DNA of 64,000 bases from Callorhinchus milii (lineage: Eukaryota). The DNA lies in the NCBI RefSeq assembly GCF_018977255.1, contig NW_024704750.1:20336001-20400000 (forward strand), given 5' to 3'. This document shows positions 19,751-39,700 of the stretch, in pieces. Numbering within the stretch: the stretch's first letter is position 1; the number at the start of each line of letters is the position of its first letter. Below the pieces are notes generated by a model. The model ran no database searches. It saw only the letters and a list, made by a program, of their open reading frames with translations, and was not told the DNA's origin. Made by a program: the position numbers and the translations under genes.

Positions 19751-20543
19751 CCATTGTTGTTGTTGTTGTATGACGTGAGTGATAGAAGCAGATTGGATTC
19801 ACTGGCACAAGTGTACCATTTCACAATGGCAGAAGTAGTAGTTTGTTTGACCGTTCAGAACCTGAACGCGACTAAAGAGTAACTGACTAATCAATCGTAT
19901 TTTATTCGTCACATTTTATGTTGCATTTACCAGTGTAAATATTAGCTGTTTTTACATGTGCGCCATAACGGATCTCTACTTACGCTCAAGTAAGCAAGTT
20001 AGCAAATGGCAGGTCAGTATTTATGTGGCTGTCTCAAGAATAAACCACTGGGTAATGATATTGTACTATATATCCTGTGAAGTGCTTGAGGTGTCTCAAT
20101 GACAAGATAAGGCACTATATCAAATGCAAGCATTATTATTATTGTTGTTGTTGTATTATTATTTTATTATACATTATTAGTTGTCAATTCAAAGCCTCAG
20201 AAAGGCAACAAACACACAAGGATAAGTAACCACTTAACTAAATATGGACACATAGCAACAGAATGAACCCTGAATGGCTCGCTGGGTTGATGAGCTGCCC
20301 GGAGTGCAACAGAGCCGTTCAGACCAGGAAACTCCCAGCCTGGTTGCAGCCTATGTGGACACGTGTGCTTGTATTTGGCCACAGTGCCCCATGGCAAGGG
20401 AGCTACTAAATTTGGGGTGTCTGGGCCACATGTAAAACTACCTCTTTTTACCAGTTTCCAGGCTGGAAAGAGAAAGTGCGGAAAAAGGCAACTTGGTGAT
20501 AATTATTTATTGAAACCATCATAAGATTATTGATTGCAAGAGT

Positions 20544-22814
<2,271 letters not shown>

Positions 22815-24363
22815 TTTCGGATATTTGTTTCGTGTTCGAGCAAATCTTCAGTTTATCGGTGACTGTGCTTGTTGTCAATAAGGACTTTTGTCAATATCAG
22901 GAGAAGGTGTTTCAATTTATCCCTGGATTACAACAACGAGAACAACATACATTTGTATAGCTCTTTTAACATTGGCAGGACGTCCCAAGGCACTGAATAA
23001 GCTGCGATGGCCAGGAACAAAAGTTCAGAGCACGTACCTCTAAATGCAGTTTATTATATAATATGATATTTTGATGGATTAGTTCAAAATATCTCGTAGC
23101 ATATTGGAGATTAGTTACATTCATTCTAAAAATATGCTTTTTACACTATCCCGCAATACCTCGACCTCACCCACCTCTCTTGCATCCTTCAAGTCCCGTC
23201 TCAAGACCTCCCTCTTTGCCTTCGGCCAGCCTCCCCCCAACCCACTGCCTTCCACCCTTCCTGACCCAGCTCCCAGCTCGGGTCCAAAACCCCTGTTGTC
23301 CAGCAACCTGGAATGACTTTCTGATGTGAAGGGCACTATGCAAGTGCAATTTGCTGTTTTCTTTTTAAGAAAAACACGAGGCTCATCATGTTATAAAAAG
23401 TGGAAATTTTTCTCCAGTAACATTCTCAGAGAGCGGGAACTGAAAGCCTTGCCTGCTGTCCCAGCAATCCACACTACTTTCCCCAAACCTCGCCTCTAGC
23501 CAACTCATCTCATATTTTCCAGGATTAGGTACACGCTCTCCACAAAGACATTTATTTTTACTAAGTAAAATATTAAATTAATTAAATAAAACATTTATTC
23601 CAGAAGACGGATATTCTCCTATTAACCCTGAAAACCAAAGCCCCAACAGGGAGGGTGCTTCTCGCTGGACAAGGAACAAGAAACTTGTCAAACTATCAAT
23701 GCCAACAAAATACACAATCAATCCACTTTACAGCTTATTGTGTGAAGCCCTTTGAGATCCCTTGACAACATGTTAAGCAGCTACACCAAATCCAAGGATT
23801 ATTGTTATTATTATTAATAATGAAAAGCTATTGGGCTTTAGCTGTTGAATTCCAGCAGTTACCCCCATGCACGCTTATAACTGGACGCTTAGCGATTTGC
23901 AGCTAATGCTGTCAGGATGAGCTGAGATAAACTGGATGGGTCTCTCTGTGTGTGCATTCCTTTCCAGACACAGGGAAGATTCCAAATGGCGCCACTATTA
24001 TTGTGGTTTGTAGCGCTCCGAGACCCTCTCCTGGGTGAAGGACACTATATACACGCAAGGTGTTGTTGGCGATGGCTTGGGTACTGATAAGCACTCAGTA
24101 ATAGCTGGGATATTGGGAATTCTGGGAAGAGGGGACAGGATCTCATTGGCAGCTGTCGAGAGGAAGCAAACCTAAGATTGCTCCTGGAAGGAAGAACAAG
24201 TCAGGAATGCGTAGAAGGTCCCTGGGTCCCTGGAGCTCTGACCAGAAAAGTGACAACCCCTAGAGAGGGGGCTGAGGAAACCCTGGCCCTAATGAGATGC
24301 TGAACTGACCCTCTAGAGGAGGAGAACAGAACATAGAGTTTGGGTACCTGAGTGGAGATGTGA

Positions 24364-24515
24364 ACTCACGTGTCCCCAGTGCTGAGCTCCTCATGTGAGA
24401 CCCGGGGAATGTCAGTGCCAAGGACACACGTGCACTTAGCCTCCTGCTTTTAACATGTCAAAATCTCGTCAAAATTCATCATCGGATGTTTGTCCCATTA
24501 TTTCAGATCGCGAGA
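24364..24515 (-). promoter_or_regulatory. Putative core promoter and non-coding first exon of paralogue 3 (copies at 34701-34852 for paralogue 4 and 45030-45181 for paralogue 5)
   Basis: On the minus strand: TCTCGCGA (24515-24508), CGAGATTTTG, TTAAAA (24453-24448) and donor GTGAGT (24369-24364). Confidence 0.55.
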
Positions 24516-27500
24516 AGTTATCAAACCAAGCTCTAACTAGCAACTATAACATAGTTATTATTATTGTTATTCTGAGGGGGAACGACCTGTGCTTTGGACA
24601 TTCTGATCTGGTCCCATTGAGGTTGCCCCACACACTCACAGCATGATATCCTTCTGACGTGAAAGACGCTGTACAAATGTAATGTTGTTGTTGTGTACAC
24701 ATGATGTTCCTTTCAATCCTGTTTTAATCACTTTACCTTCAGCTCGCTAAACCAGGAACTCAACCTTTTAGCAACCTGTTACACTCCCCATGTTACAGGG
24801 TCAGAGTTAGTGTAATCTGCCCTTGTTTATGTCAGTGAATTCCCCTTCAGTCACCACTGGGGTTCATTTCCTCAGGAAGAATAAAGAACATTCTCTTGGT
24901 TGAAGCGTATCTAAAGTTGATAATTGTTGGATAATCCCTGGCGTCTTCACCCCCTCCCCATCCCCCCATAAACCACATATTACACCCAATGTGTGTTTTA
25001 GCAAGAATAAGTCAGTTTTATTAACCTGAAGGATAATGTATGTGGGGGATATCATACACACAATGACAATAGAGTAAAACTGGCTAATCACCATCAAACA
25101 CACAGTGATCTAGTGAACAACATCAAAGTAAAGGCCAGTTTAGTACAGATAAGATATTTTATTTATACGTATAATGGATGTAATGAAACTGCAACGGGTT
25201 CAGCTAATATAATAATAAAATAATAATAATAAGTGTAACAACCCAAATTCTATGAACCGCCAGCTGCCGAACGTTCTGTGATCCATTAACTGCAAACAAT
25301 ATTGCAAGCGTGTCTTTACAGCCCTTTACACAAGACTGGGATATCTTGTTCCTACTTTATATGCCCTCAGAATGAACAGTGCGTGTAACGTGATTTGTTT
25401 TTAACATACAAATGAAACTATATTGATCATTGCGTGCTCCACATGTGCTGTTGCAGTGAGAAAATGCGTTAGAGACAGCATTTTGTGAATAAAATGGAAA
25501 ACATGACCAGGGGAAAATTAGGAAATGTGCTTTCTTGCAAGTGTTAGTGAAAGTAAATGCATCCCACCTGACCCCCATAAACAGGTAAATACGAGGATGG
25601 TGAATGGTGGTGTGTGGGGAAAGGTGCGTATTGATTTATAAATAACAAATTATTAAGAATAGTGCATGATTTCGAATAGCATAATTAATAAAGAAAAATA
25701 AGTGTCACGTGACAAAGGGTGACCATAAAAACCATAAATGTCCAGTCTTGTCAAAAAAAAACTAACTGAAGGAACATCCTGAACTGGACATCGGACAGTG
25801 TCACTGGGTAATGTGGGACATGATGTCTGTTACTGGGGTAAGTGGGGCCCGATTATTAAGGGGGAGGTGAAATCTGGGACAGTGAAATAAAGCATCAACT
25901 TTCATCCTCAAAATAATCGCAATTACTTTCATTCCATTGCTCTCCTGTGCTCTCTGAATGAACTTCTCTGGTGAATTAAGAGTTAGCGAAATTTGAGGAC
26001 ATTGTTTTATTGTTGAGCATCACATCTGGCTGGACTGAGGAAAGTGGACGATCATTGAAAAACCACTGAAAATTTTCAAGTGAGTTTGACATTTTTGATT
26101 ATAATGCATCCTCTCATTGCTATCTCGATGCCGTGCTCAACCCAACCAGGTCTGGTTGCCTCCAATGGATTTAGACAAATGCCATAACATAGTACAATAA
26201 GCATATCTCTAACAATTTTACAATAACTGTAATCCGAAGACGAAAGGCGAAATCCAAACTTACTTGGTTCTTAATTCAAATATGTTTATTGGCTAATACA
26301 ACTTTGCATTTTAATATGATTATTTTACAATCATTTTATTTTCTAACAATAAATTAGCTGATGTTGTCCTTGTGGCTCCTTGTTTTGATTTAGTCCCTTC
26401 TGCCTGTTCAGGTGGGTGTTAAAGATCCCGCAGCTCTATTGGAAAAGAGTTTCTCTCTCCTGGTGTCCTGGCCAACAATCCCCCAAATAAAATTGGTCAC
26501 TTCCGTGGTTGTTTGTGGGATATTGCTCTGCGCAAATTGTCTGCCACGGTTGCCCACAAAATGCACAAAGCTACATTACTTACAGTACACCCTGGGAAGC
26601 GCTTCGAGAGATCTCGACAACATAGTAAGGCATTATACCAACAACAACAAGAACAAAATTACATTTATATAGCGCCTTTCACGTCGGGATGACGTCCCAA
26701 GGCACTGGACAATCAGAGCTTCGCATCCGAGCTGGGGGTCGGGATTGAGAAGGGTGGAGGGCAGAGGGGGTAGGAAGGTGACCAACGACACGGTCGAAGA
26801 GGAGGGTCTTGAGATGGGTCTTGAAGAAGGCAAGGGAGGGGGTGTGGTGGGGGGAACTGCGGGATGGAGTTCCAGAGGGCAAGGGCAGAGCGCCTGAAGG
26901 TGGTTCAGTACCATTGAGTCCTGTCTGGGATCGGTTACACTTACAGTTACAATGAGATGACTCTGCTCCACTTGCAACACATTTTGACTTTGAGAAATTA
27001 TGAAACTTTGAAGAAAACAGACACATCACGATCCTGTTAAAGCTATGGGAACCCTGTGATTGGGAACAAAATGTATTTCTTGACTTTGTCGCATTTTTCA
27101 GAGTTGCCGTCCTATGGATGAGACGTTAAAACTGAGGTCCCACTTTGAAGTGTCAGCTGAGACTTTGTGATTCCAAGTCCCGATGTGGGGCTTGAACCCA
27201 CAACCTTCTGACTCAGAGGCCAGAGCCCTACCACTGCGCCAGTCTCACAGACAGTGAAAATATAGTAAGGTTAATGTGGAACTATCTTGAAAACTTATTA
27301 AAAAGTCGGAACCATTGAGTATGTTAATCGATTTCGCTCTTCAGGTTTGTTAACCCTTTCTAACTAGTCCTCTTCCCTATGTCATTACTATTTTATATTA
27401 ATAGTTTGACAGCCTAGATCGGTGGTAGCAGTCTCGCCTATGAGTCAGAAGGGGCTTGTTGGTTCTTAAGTAAGACGGACAGGTTGAGACCATCGTTCCA

Positions 27501-27529
27501 GATTTTTTCAAAAGCCCTTTTTACTAAAT

Positions 27530-28855
27530 AACAAAGCATAGAATCTTACAGCACAGAGAAGGACCTCATTTGGCTCATCGTGCGTGTGCAATCCAACTTG
27601 TTCCACTCCCCTGCTCTTACTCCAAAGCCCTGCAAATTTTTTCCTTTTCAAGTACCTATCTAATTCCCTGTTGAAAGCTACTATCCAATCTGCTTCCATC
27701 ACCCTTTCAGGCAGTGTGTTCCAGATCGTAACAACTCACTGCATAATTTTTTTTATGCTTTTATTTAAAAAGGTTTGTCAACTTGTCCTGCTAACGTGAA
27801 ACGTTTGTGCATGTGAACCCCCAGGTCTCTCTGTTCCTACACCCCCTTTAAAATTGTACCATTTGTCTTATATTGGGTCTTCTCATTCCTCGTCCCAAAA
27901 TAGATCACGTCACACTTCTGTGTATTATCATATACGCTCCATCTGCCATGTGTCTGCCCATTTCACCAGCCTCTCCATGTCCTCCTGCAGTCTGCTACTA
28001 TCCTCTTCACTATTTACTAAGTTTCCAAGTTTTGTGTCATTTGCAAACTTTAAAATTTTACTCTCTGTGCCCAAATATATATATATATCTTCCAAAGAGT
28101 TGTGCCGAATGAGATCCAGCGCAAGCATGATTGGCCAAGTGGCCTCCTTCTGTACTGTAATGTTGTATGATTCTATAAGTCCAGGTCATTTATTTAATAT
28201 TTAGCTAGTTACTGGACCTCAAGTCGAGTAACTAGCTAAATAAATATTAAATAAACTTTACATTGATTTACAGCATGGAAACAAGCCATTTGGCCCAGTT
28301 TGTCCATCCTGCTGTTTGTACTCCACTTACTCACTCTCCACCCACTCCTTACTCCCTCCCTTCTATTCCCTTGTTCCTCATAGAAACATAGAAATAGGAG
28401 GAAGCAATTCAGCTCCTCAAGCCTGTACCATCATTTTATAAGACCATGGCTGATCTGTACCTCAAGTCCAGTTACCTTGCCACATATCCCATAATACCTC
28501 GACCGACGAAATATATATCTACTCCCATATTGAAAATGTGAATGGATTTAACATCTACAGCCTTTTGAGGAGAGAGTTCCAGATTTCCACAACCCATTGT
28601 GTGAAAAACTGCCTCCGAATTTCACTCCTAAATGACCCAGCTCTAATTGTAAGATGATGCCCCCTTGTTCTGGATTACCCCACCAAAGGAAATAGTTTCT
28701 CTCTATGTACCCTATCGAATCCCTTTGTTATTTTAAACACCTCAATCAGATCACCCCTGAAACTTTTAAACTCAAGGGAATAGAAACCAAGCTTCTTATA
28801 ATTTAACACTTTAAGCCCTGGTATTATTCTTTTGAATCTGCGCTGCACCCCCTCA
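27530..28855 (-). mobile_element. CR1 LINE fragments (copy at about 37865-39190)
   Basis: ILKFANDTKLG...LQEDMERLVKWADTWQM; EGVQRRFKRIIPGLK...RGDLIEVFKI; VAFNRELDRYLK. Confidence 0.8.
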
Positions 28856-29982
28856 TGAGTTAATATATGTAGAGTCCTGTAGTTAGTGGTTAGAGCACTT
28901 GCCTCACAAGTGAGAGACCTGGACTTGATTCCCAGCAGGGCAAAGCGTTGAGCAAGTTTCTTTGCTTTACACACCTCTGTTTACCGAGCAGGAAACTGGT
29001 TGTTAGTCGATTGGCAGATGGCTTTTCCGGGGATAATAATTCCTTCAAAAAAAATTGGTCACTCAATGCACAACTGTTTGTGGGACACTGCTGTGTGCAA
29101 TTGGCTGCTGCGTTAACCCTACAAAATATACAGTCAATTCACTTTACAGTATATTCTGTGAAGCGCTTTGAGATGCCTCAGAGACGTGATAAGGCATATA
29201 TCAAATCCACACTGCAGGACATGTCGAACATTTGGGGGTGCTAATGCGGGCGGACAGAAAACACCACAAACCTTAATCCCTTGGACTTCAATTTTAAGAC
29301 CCTCCAATGCAATGCTGAGTGGGGGTTGCATTGTCAGAGGGGATGTTCATCAGATGAGATGTTAAAATGAGGTTCCAGCTACCTGTTTAGATGGATGTTA
29401 AAGATAACATGGCTCTATTTAAAGAGAGAAGGGAGTTTCTCCCTGTGTCCTGGCCAATAATCTCCCAAATAAAAATTAGTTTATCATTTCATGGCTGTTT
29501 GTGGAATAATGATGTGCAAGGTTTGGTTGCTGCGCTCGCCCACAAAATGTAGTCACTACACTTTACAGTAAAACCCTCCGAAGCGCCTTGGAAAGTCCTC
29601 CTGACTATACCAAATGCAAGGATTATTATCAAAACCGCCAGTAAAAAAATCGGAAGCAACTTAATAACTTTTATTTTGCTGTTCTTTATTTGGAAAGACA
29701 ATATAATTGGGGACATGATCATTGGAAGCAAAGCCGTGTGATATTTTAGAATTCAGTCGCAGCTTTTGCTGGGAGCAACTAAACCTTAGACATGAGTGAT
29801 GGCAGCAGGTTGGATTCACTGGCACAGATGTATCATTTCACAATGACAGAAGCAGAAGTTTGATTGTTCAGAACCTAAACATGATTAAAGAGTAACTGAC
29901 TAATCAATCGTATTTTATTCATTATGTTTCATATTGCATTTACCAGTGTAAATATTAGCTGTTTTTATATGTGCGCCATAAG

Positions 29983-30276
29983 GTAATAATAATAATCCTT
30001 GCATTTGATATAGCGCTTTTCACGTCTTCAAGTCGTCTCAAAGCGCTTCACAGAATATACTGTAAAGTGAATTGACTGTATATTTGTGGGCGAAACACGG
30101 CAGCCAATTGCGCACAGCATTGTCCCACAAACCGTCGTGGATTGAAGTGACAAATTGATTTTTTTTTTCTTGAGGGATTATTATCAAGCGTGTGGACTAA
30201 GGAAACTTACCCAAGGTTTCACCCTGCCGGAAATCGAACCCAAGTCTCTCGATTGTGAGGCGAGTGCTCTAACCAC
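29983..30276 (-). mobile_element. tRNA-derived Deu-type SINE (copy at about 40323-40614)
   Basis: (AAT)n CCTTGCATTTGATATAGCGC tail through to the GTGCTCTAACCAC head. Absent from the homologous site at about 19965. Confidence 0.8.
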
Positions 30277-30768
30277 TTTTAAACTTCATATAGGACAGTA
30301 CTAGGACTCCACTAGGTATCTCTACTTAAGCCCAAGTAAGCAAGTTAGCAAATGGCAGGTCAGTATTTATGTGGCTGTCTCAAGGATAAAACTTTGGGTA
30401 AAGATATTGTAATAATAAAAAGAAATTCTTGCATTTGATATTCATGCATGTAAGCGAGGTCTCTTTGGAGGTGAACTGGCTCCAAGGTGACATGCTTGGC
30501 ATCGGAATATAGGAATGAAGCCAGCATCAGAGTAACATGTTTCAGCTGGTAATCACTAACTAATGAACGCCTCCCGCTTTAATGGGAGCAGATCTGGAGA
30601 AAGCACCAATAACTTCAAGCCTGTGAGGTACTGAATTTGGGGTGTCTGGGCCACATGTAAAACTATCTCTTTTTACCAGTTTCCAGGCTGGAAAGAGAAA
30701 GTGCGGAAAACAGCAAATTGGTGATAATTATTTATTGAAACCGTCATAAGATTATTGATTGCAAGAGT

Positions 30769-33731
<2,963 letters not shown>

Positions 33732-36700
33732 TCTCGGAGATTTGTCTTGTGTTCGAGCAAATCCTCAGTTTATCAGTGATTATTGCTTGGTTGTCCAATA
33801 AGAACCTTTGTCAATGTTACGAGAAGGACAGATTATCTCAAAATATCTCATAGCAAATTTGGGATTAGTTACATTGATTATAAAAATATGTTTTTTTATG
33901 CTATCCCGCAATACCTCCCTCTCCCCACCTCTCTTGCTTCCTTCAAGTCCCTTCTAAAGACCTTCCTCTTCAACTGTGCCTTCGGACAGCCTCCCACCCC
34001 GAACCCCTGCCTTCGATCCCTCCTGACCTAACTCTCAGCTCGGGTCCAAAACCCCTGGTTGTCCAGCACCCTGGAACATCTTTCTGACGTGAAGGTCGCT
34101 ATACAAGTGTAAAATGTTGTTTTTTAAACACGAGACTCATCTTAGGCCGTTCTAGGATATCAATCTTTAATGTTATAAAAAGCGGAAATTGCCCCCAGTT
34201 ATCAAACATTCTCAAAGAGCAGGAACTGAAAGCCTTGCCTGCTGTCCCAGCAATCCCCGCCTCTAGCCAGCTCACCTCATACTTTCCAGGATTAGGTACA
34301 AGCTCTCCAACAAGACATTTATATTTACTAAGTAAAATATTAAATTAATTAAATAAAACATTAAGTATATACAAGTATACACCATATACATGCAAGGTGT
34401 TGTTGGCGATGGCTTGGGTACTGATAAGCACTCAGTAATAGCTGGGATATTGGGAATTCTGGGAAGCGGGGACAGGATCTCATTGGCAGTTGTCGAGAGG
34501 AAGCAAACCTAAGATTGCTCCTGGAAGGAAGAACAAGTCAGGAATGTGTAGAAGGTCCCTGGGTCCCTGGAGCTCTGACTAGAAAAGTGACAACCCCTAG
34601 AGAGGGGACTCAGGAAACCCTGGCCCCAATGAGATGCTGAACTGACCCTCCAGAGGAGGAGAACAGAACATAGAGTTTGGGTACCTGAGTGGAGATGTGA
34701 ACTCACGTGTCCCCAGTGCTGAGCTCCTCATGTGAGACCCGGGGAATGTCAGTGCCAAGGACACACGTGCACTTAGCCTCCTGCTTTTAACATGTCAAAA
34801 TCTCGTCAAAATTCATCATCGGATGTTTGTCCCATTATTTCAGATCGCGAGAAGTTATCAAACCAAGCTCTAACTAGCAACTATAACATAGTTATTATTA
34901 TTGTTATTCTGCGGGGGAACGACCTGTGCTTTGGACATTCTGATCTGGTCCCATTGAGGTTGCCCCACACACTCACAGCATGATATCCTTCTGACGTGAA
35001 AGACGCTGTACAAATGTAATGTTGTTGTTGTGTACACATGATGTTCCTTTCAATCCTGTTTTAATCACTTTACCTTCAGCTCACTAAACCAGGAACTCAA
35101 CCTTTTAGGAACCTGTTACGCTCCCCATGTTACAGGGTCAGAGTTAGTGTAATCTGCCCTTGTTTATGTCAGTGAATTCCCCTTCAGTCACCACTGGGGT
35201 TCATTTCCTCAGGAAGAATAAAGAACATTCTCTTGGTTGAAGCGTATCTAAAGTTGATAATTGTTGGATAATCCCTGGCGTCTTCACCCCCTCCCCATCC
35301 CCCCATAAACCACATATTACACCCAATGTGTGTTTTAGCAAGAATAAGTCAGTTTTATTAACCTGAAGGATAATGTATGTGGGGGATATCATACACACAA
35401 TGACAATAGAGTAAAACTGGCTAATCACCATCAAACACACAGTGATCTAGTGAACAATATCAAAGTAAAGGCCAGTTTAGTACAGATAAGATATTTTATT
35501 TATACGTATAATGGATGTAATGAAGCTGCAACGGGTTCAGCTAATATAATAATAAAATAATAATAATAAGTGTAACAACCCAAATTCTATGAACCGCCAG
35601 CTGCCGAACGTTCTGTGATCCATTAACTGCAAACAATATTGCAAGCGTGTCTTTACAGCCCTTTACACAAGACTGGGATATCTTGTTCCTACTTTATATG
35701 CCCTCAGAATGAACAGTGCGTGTAACGTGATTTGTTTTTAACATACAAATGAAACTATATTGATCATTGCGTGCTCCACATGTGCTGTTGCAGTGAGAAA
35801 ATGCGTTAGAGACAGCATTTTGTGAATAAAATGGAAAACATGACCAGGGGAAAATTAGGAAATGTGCTTTCTTGCAAGTGTTAGTGAAAGTAAATGCATC
35901 CCACCTGACCCCCATAAACAGGTAAATACGAGGATGGTGGATGGTGGTGTGTGGGGAAAGGTGCGTATTGATTTATAAATAACAAATTATTAAGAATAGT
36001 GCATGATTTCGAATAGCATAATTAATAAAGAAAAATAAGTGTCACGTGACAAAGGGTGACCATAAAAACCATAAATGTCCAGTCTTGTCAAAAAAAACTA
36101 ACTGAAGGAACATCCTGAACTGGACATCGGACAGCGTCACTGGGTAATGTGGGACATGATGTCTGTTACTGGGGTAAGTGGGGCCCGATTATTAAGGGGG
36201 AGGTGAAATCTGGGACAGTGAAATAAAGCATCAACTTTCATCCTCAAAATAATCGCAATTACTTTCATTCCATTGCTCTCCTGTGCTCTCTGAATGAACT
36301 TCTCTGGTGAATTAAGAGTTAGCGAAATTTGAGGACATTGTTTTATTGTTGAGCATCACATCTGGCTGGACTGAGGAAAGTGGACGATCATTGAAAAACC
36401 ACTGAAAATTTTCAAGTGAGTTTGACATTTTTGATTATAATGCATCCTCTCATTGCTATCTCGATGCCGTGCTCAACCCAACCAGGTCTGGTTGCCTCCA
36501 ATGGATTTAGACAAATGCCATAACATAGTACAATAAGCATATCTCTAACAATTTTACAATAACTGTAATCCGAAGACGAAAGGCGAAATCCAAACTTACT
36601 TGGTTCTTAATTCAAATATGTTTATTGGCTAATACAACTTTGCATTTTAATATGATTATTTTACAATCATTTTATTTTCTAACAATAAATTAGCTGATGT

Positions 36701-39700
36701 TGTCCTTGTGGCTCCTTGTTTTGATTTAGTCCCTTCTGCCTGTTCAGGTGGGTGTTAAAGATCCCGCAGCTCTATTGGAAAAGAGTTTCTCTCTCCTGGT
36801 GTCCTGGCCAACAATCCCCCAAATAAAATTGGTCACTTCCGTGGTTGTTTGTGGGATATTGCTCTGCGCAAATTGTCTGCCACGGTTGCCCACAAAATGC
36901 ACAAAGCTACATTACTTACAGTACACCCTGGGAAGCGCTTCGAGAGATCTCGACAACATAGTAAGGCATTATACCAACAACAACAAGAACAAAATTACAT
37001 TTATATAGCGCCTTTCACGTCGGGATGACGTCCCAAGGCACTGGACAATCAGAGCTTCGCATCCGAGCTGGGGGTCGGGATTGAGAAGGGTGGAGGGCAG
37101 AGGGGGTAGGAAGGTGACCAACGACACGGTCGAAGAGGAGGGTCTTGAGATGGGTCTTGAAGAAGGCAAGGGAGGGGGTGTGGTGGGGGAACTGCGGGAT
37201 GGAGTTCCAGAGGGCAAGGGCAGAGCGGCTGAAGGTGGTTCAGTACCATTGAGTCCTGTCTGGGATCGGTTACACTTACAGTTACAATGAGATGACTCTG
37301 CTCCACTTGCAACACATTTTGACTTTGAGAAATTATGAAACTTTGAAGAAAACAGACACATCACGATCCTGTTAAAGCTATGGGAACCCTGTGATTGGGA
37401 ACAAAATGTATTTCTTGACTTTGTCGCATTTTTCAGAGTTGCCGTCCTATGGATGAGACGTTAAAACTGAGGTCCCACTTTGAAGTGTCAGCTGAGACTT
37501 TGTGATTCCAAGTCCCGATGTGGGGCTTGAACCCACAACCTTCTGACTCAGAGGCCAGAGCCCTACCACTGCGCCAGTCTCACACACAGTGAAAATATAG
37601 TAAGGTTAATGTGGAACTATCTTGAAAACTTATTAAAAAGTCGGAACCATTGAGTATGTTAATCGATTTCGCTCTTCAGGTTTGTTAACCCTTTCTAACT
37701 AGTCCTCTTCCCTATGTCATTACTATTTTATATTAATAGTTTGACAGCCTAGATCGGTGGTAGCAGTCTCGCCTATGAGTCAGAAGGGGCTTGTTGGTTC
37801 TTAAGTAAGACGGACAGGTTGAGACCATCGTTCCAGATTTTTTCAAAAGCCCTTTTTACTAAATAACAAAGCATAGAATCTTACAGCACAGAGAAGGACC
37901 TCATTTGGCTCATCGTGCGTGTGCAATCCAACTTGTTCCACTCCCCTGCTCTTACTCCAAAGCCCTGCAAATTTTTTCCTTTTCAAGTACCTATCTAATT
38001 CCCTGTTGAAAGCTACTATCCAATCTGCTTCCATCACCCTTTCAGGCAGTGTGTTCCAGATCGTAACAACTCACTGCATAATTTTTTTTATGCTTTTATT
38101 TAAAAAGGTTTGTCAACTTGTCCTGCTAACGTGAAACGTTTGTGCATGTGAACCCCCAGGTCTCTCTGTTCCTACACCCCCTTTAAAATTGTACCATTTG
38201 TCTTATATTGGGTCTTCTCATTCCTCGTCCCAAAATAGATCACGTCACACTTCTGTGTATTATCATATACGCTCCATCTGCCATGTGTCTGCCCATTTCA
38301 CCAGCCTCTCCATGTCCTCCTGCAGTCTGCTACTATCCTCTTCACTATTTACTAAGTTTCCAAGTTTTGTGTCATTTGCAAACTTTAAAATTTTACTCTC
38401 TGTGCCCAAATATATATATATATATCTTCCAAAGAGTTGTGCCGAATGAGATCCAGCGCAAGCATGATTGGCCAAGTGGCCTCCTTCTGTGCTGTAATGT
38501 TGTATGATTCTATACGTCCAGGTCATTTATTTAATATTTAGCTAGTTACTGGACCTCAAGTCGAGTAACTAGCTAAATAAATATTAAATAAACTTTACAT
38601 TGATTTACAGCATGGAAACAAGCCATTTGGCCCAGTTTGTCCATCCTGCTGTTTGTACTCCACTTACTCACTCTCCACCCACTCCTTACTCCCTCCCTTC
38701 TATTCCCTTGTTCCTCATAGAAACATAGAAATAGGAGGAAGCAATTCAGCTCCTCAAGCCTGTACCATCATTTTATAAGACCATGGCTGATCTGTACCTC
38801 AAGTCCAGTTACCTTGCCACATATCCCATAATACCTCGACCGACGAAATATATATCTACTCCCATATTGAAAATGTGAATGGATTTAACATCTACAGCCT
38901 TTTGAGGAGAGAGTTCCAGATTTCCACAACCCATTGTGTGAAAAACTGCCTCCGAATTTCACTCCTAAATGACCCAGCTCTAATTGTAAGATGATGCCCC
39001 CTTGTTCTGGATTACCCCACCAAAGGAAATAGTTTCTCTCTATGTACCCTATCGAATCCCTTTGTTATTTTAAACACCTCAATCAGATCACCCCTGAAAC
39101 TTTTAAACTCAAGGGAATAGAAACCAAGCTTCTTATAATTTAACACTTTAAGCCCTGGTATTATTCTTTTGAATCTGCGCTGCACCCCCTCATGAGTTAA
39201 TATATGTAGAGTCCTGTAGTTAGTGGTTAGAGCACTTGCCTCACAAGTGAGAGACCTGGACTTGATTCCCAGCAGGGCAAAGCGTTGAGCAAGTTTCTTT
39301 GCTTTACACACCTCTGTTTACCGAGCAGGAAACTGGTTGTTAGTCGATTGGCAGATGGCTTTTCCGGGGATAATAATTCCTTCAAAAAAAATTGGTCACT
39401 CAATGCACAACTGTTTGTGGGACACTGCTGTGTGCAATTGGCTGCTGCGTTAACCCTACAAAATATACAGTCAATTCACTTTACAGTATATTCTGTGAAG
39501 CGCTTTGAGATGCCTCAGAGACGTGATAAGGCATATATCAAATCCACACTGCAGGACATGTCGAACATGTCGGGGCTGCTAATGCGGGCGGACAGAAAAC
39601 ACCTCAAACCTTAATCCTTTGGACTTCAATTTTAAAGACCCTCCAATGCAATGCTGAGTGGGGGTTGCATTGTCAGAGGGGACGTTCATCAGATGAGATG

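Noticed and set aside
17056-19882. Many overlapping 60-250 aa ORFs on both strands
   Set aside because: Frameshifted pieces and antisense frames of one decayed L2 element with strong purine skew.
20465-20478. ISRE-like GAAAGAGAAAGT downstream of paralogues 3, 4 and 5
   Set aside because: It is the reverse complement of a U-rich tract just 3' of the poly(A) signal, more simply a downstream polyadenylation element.
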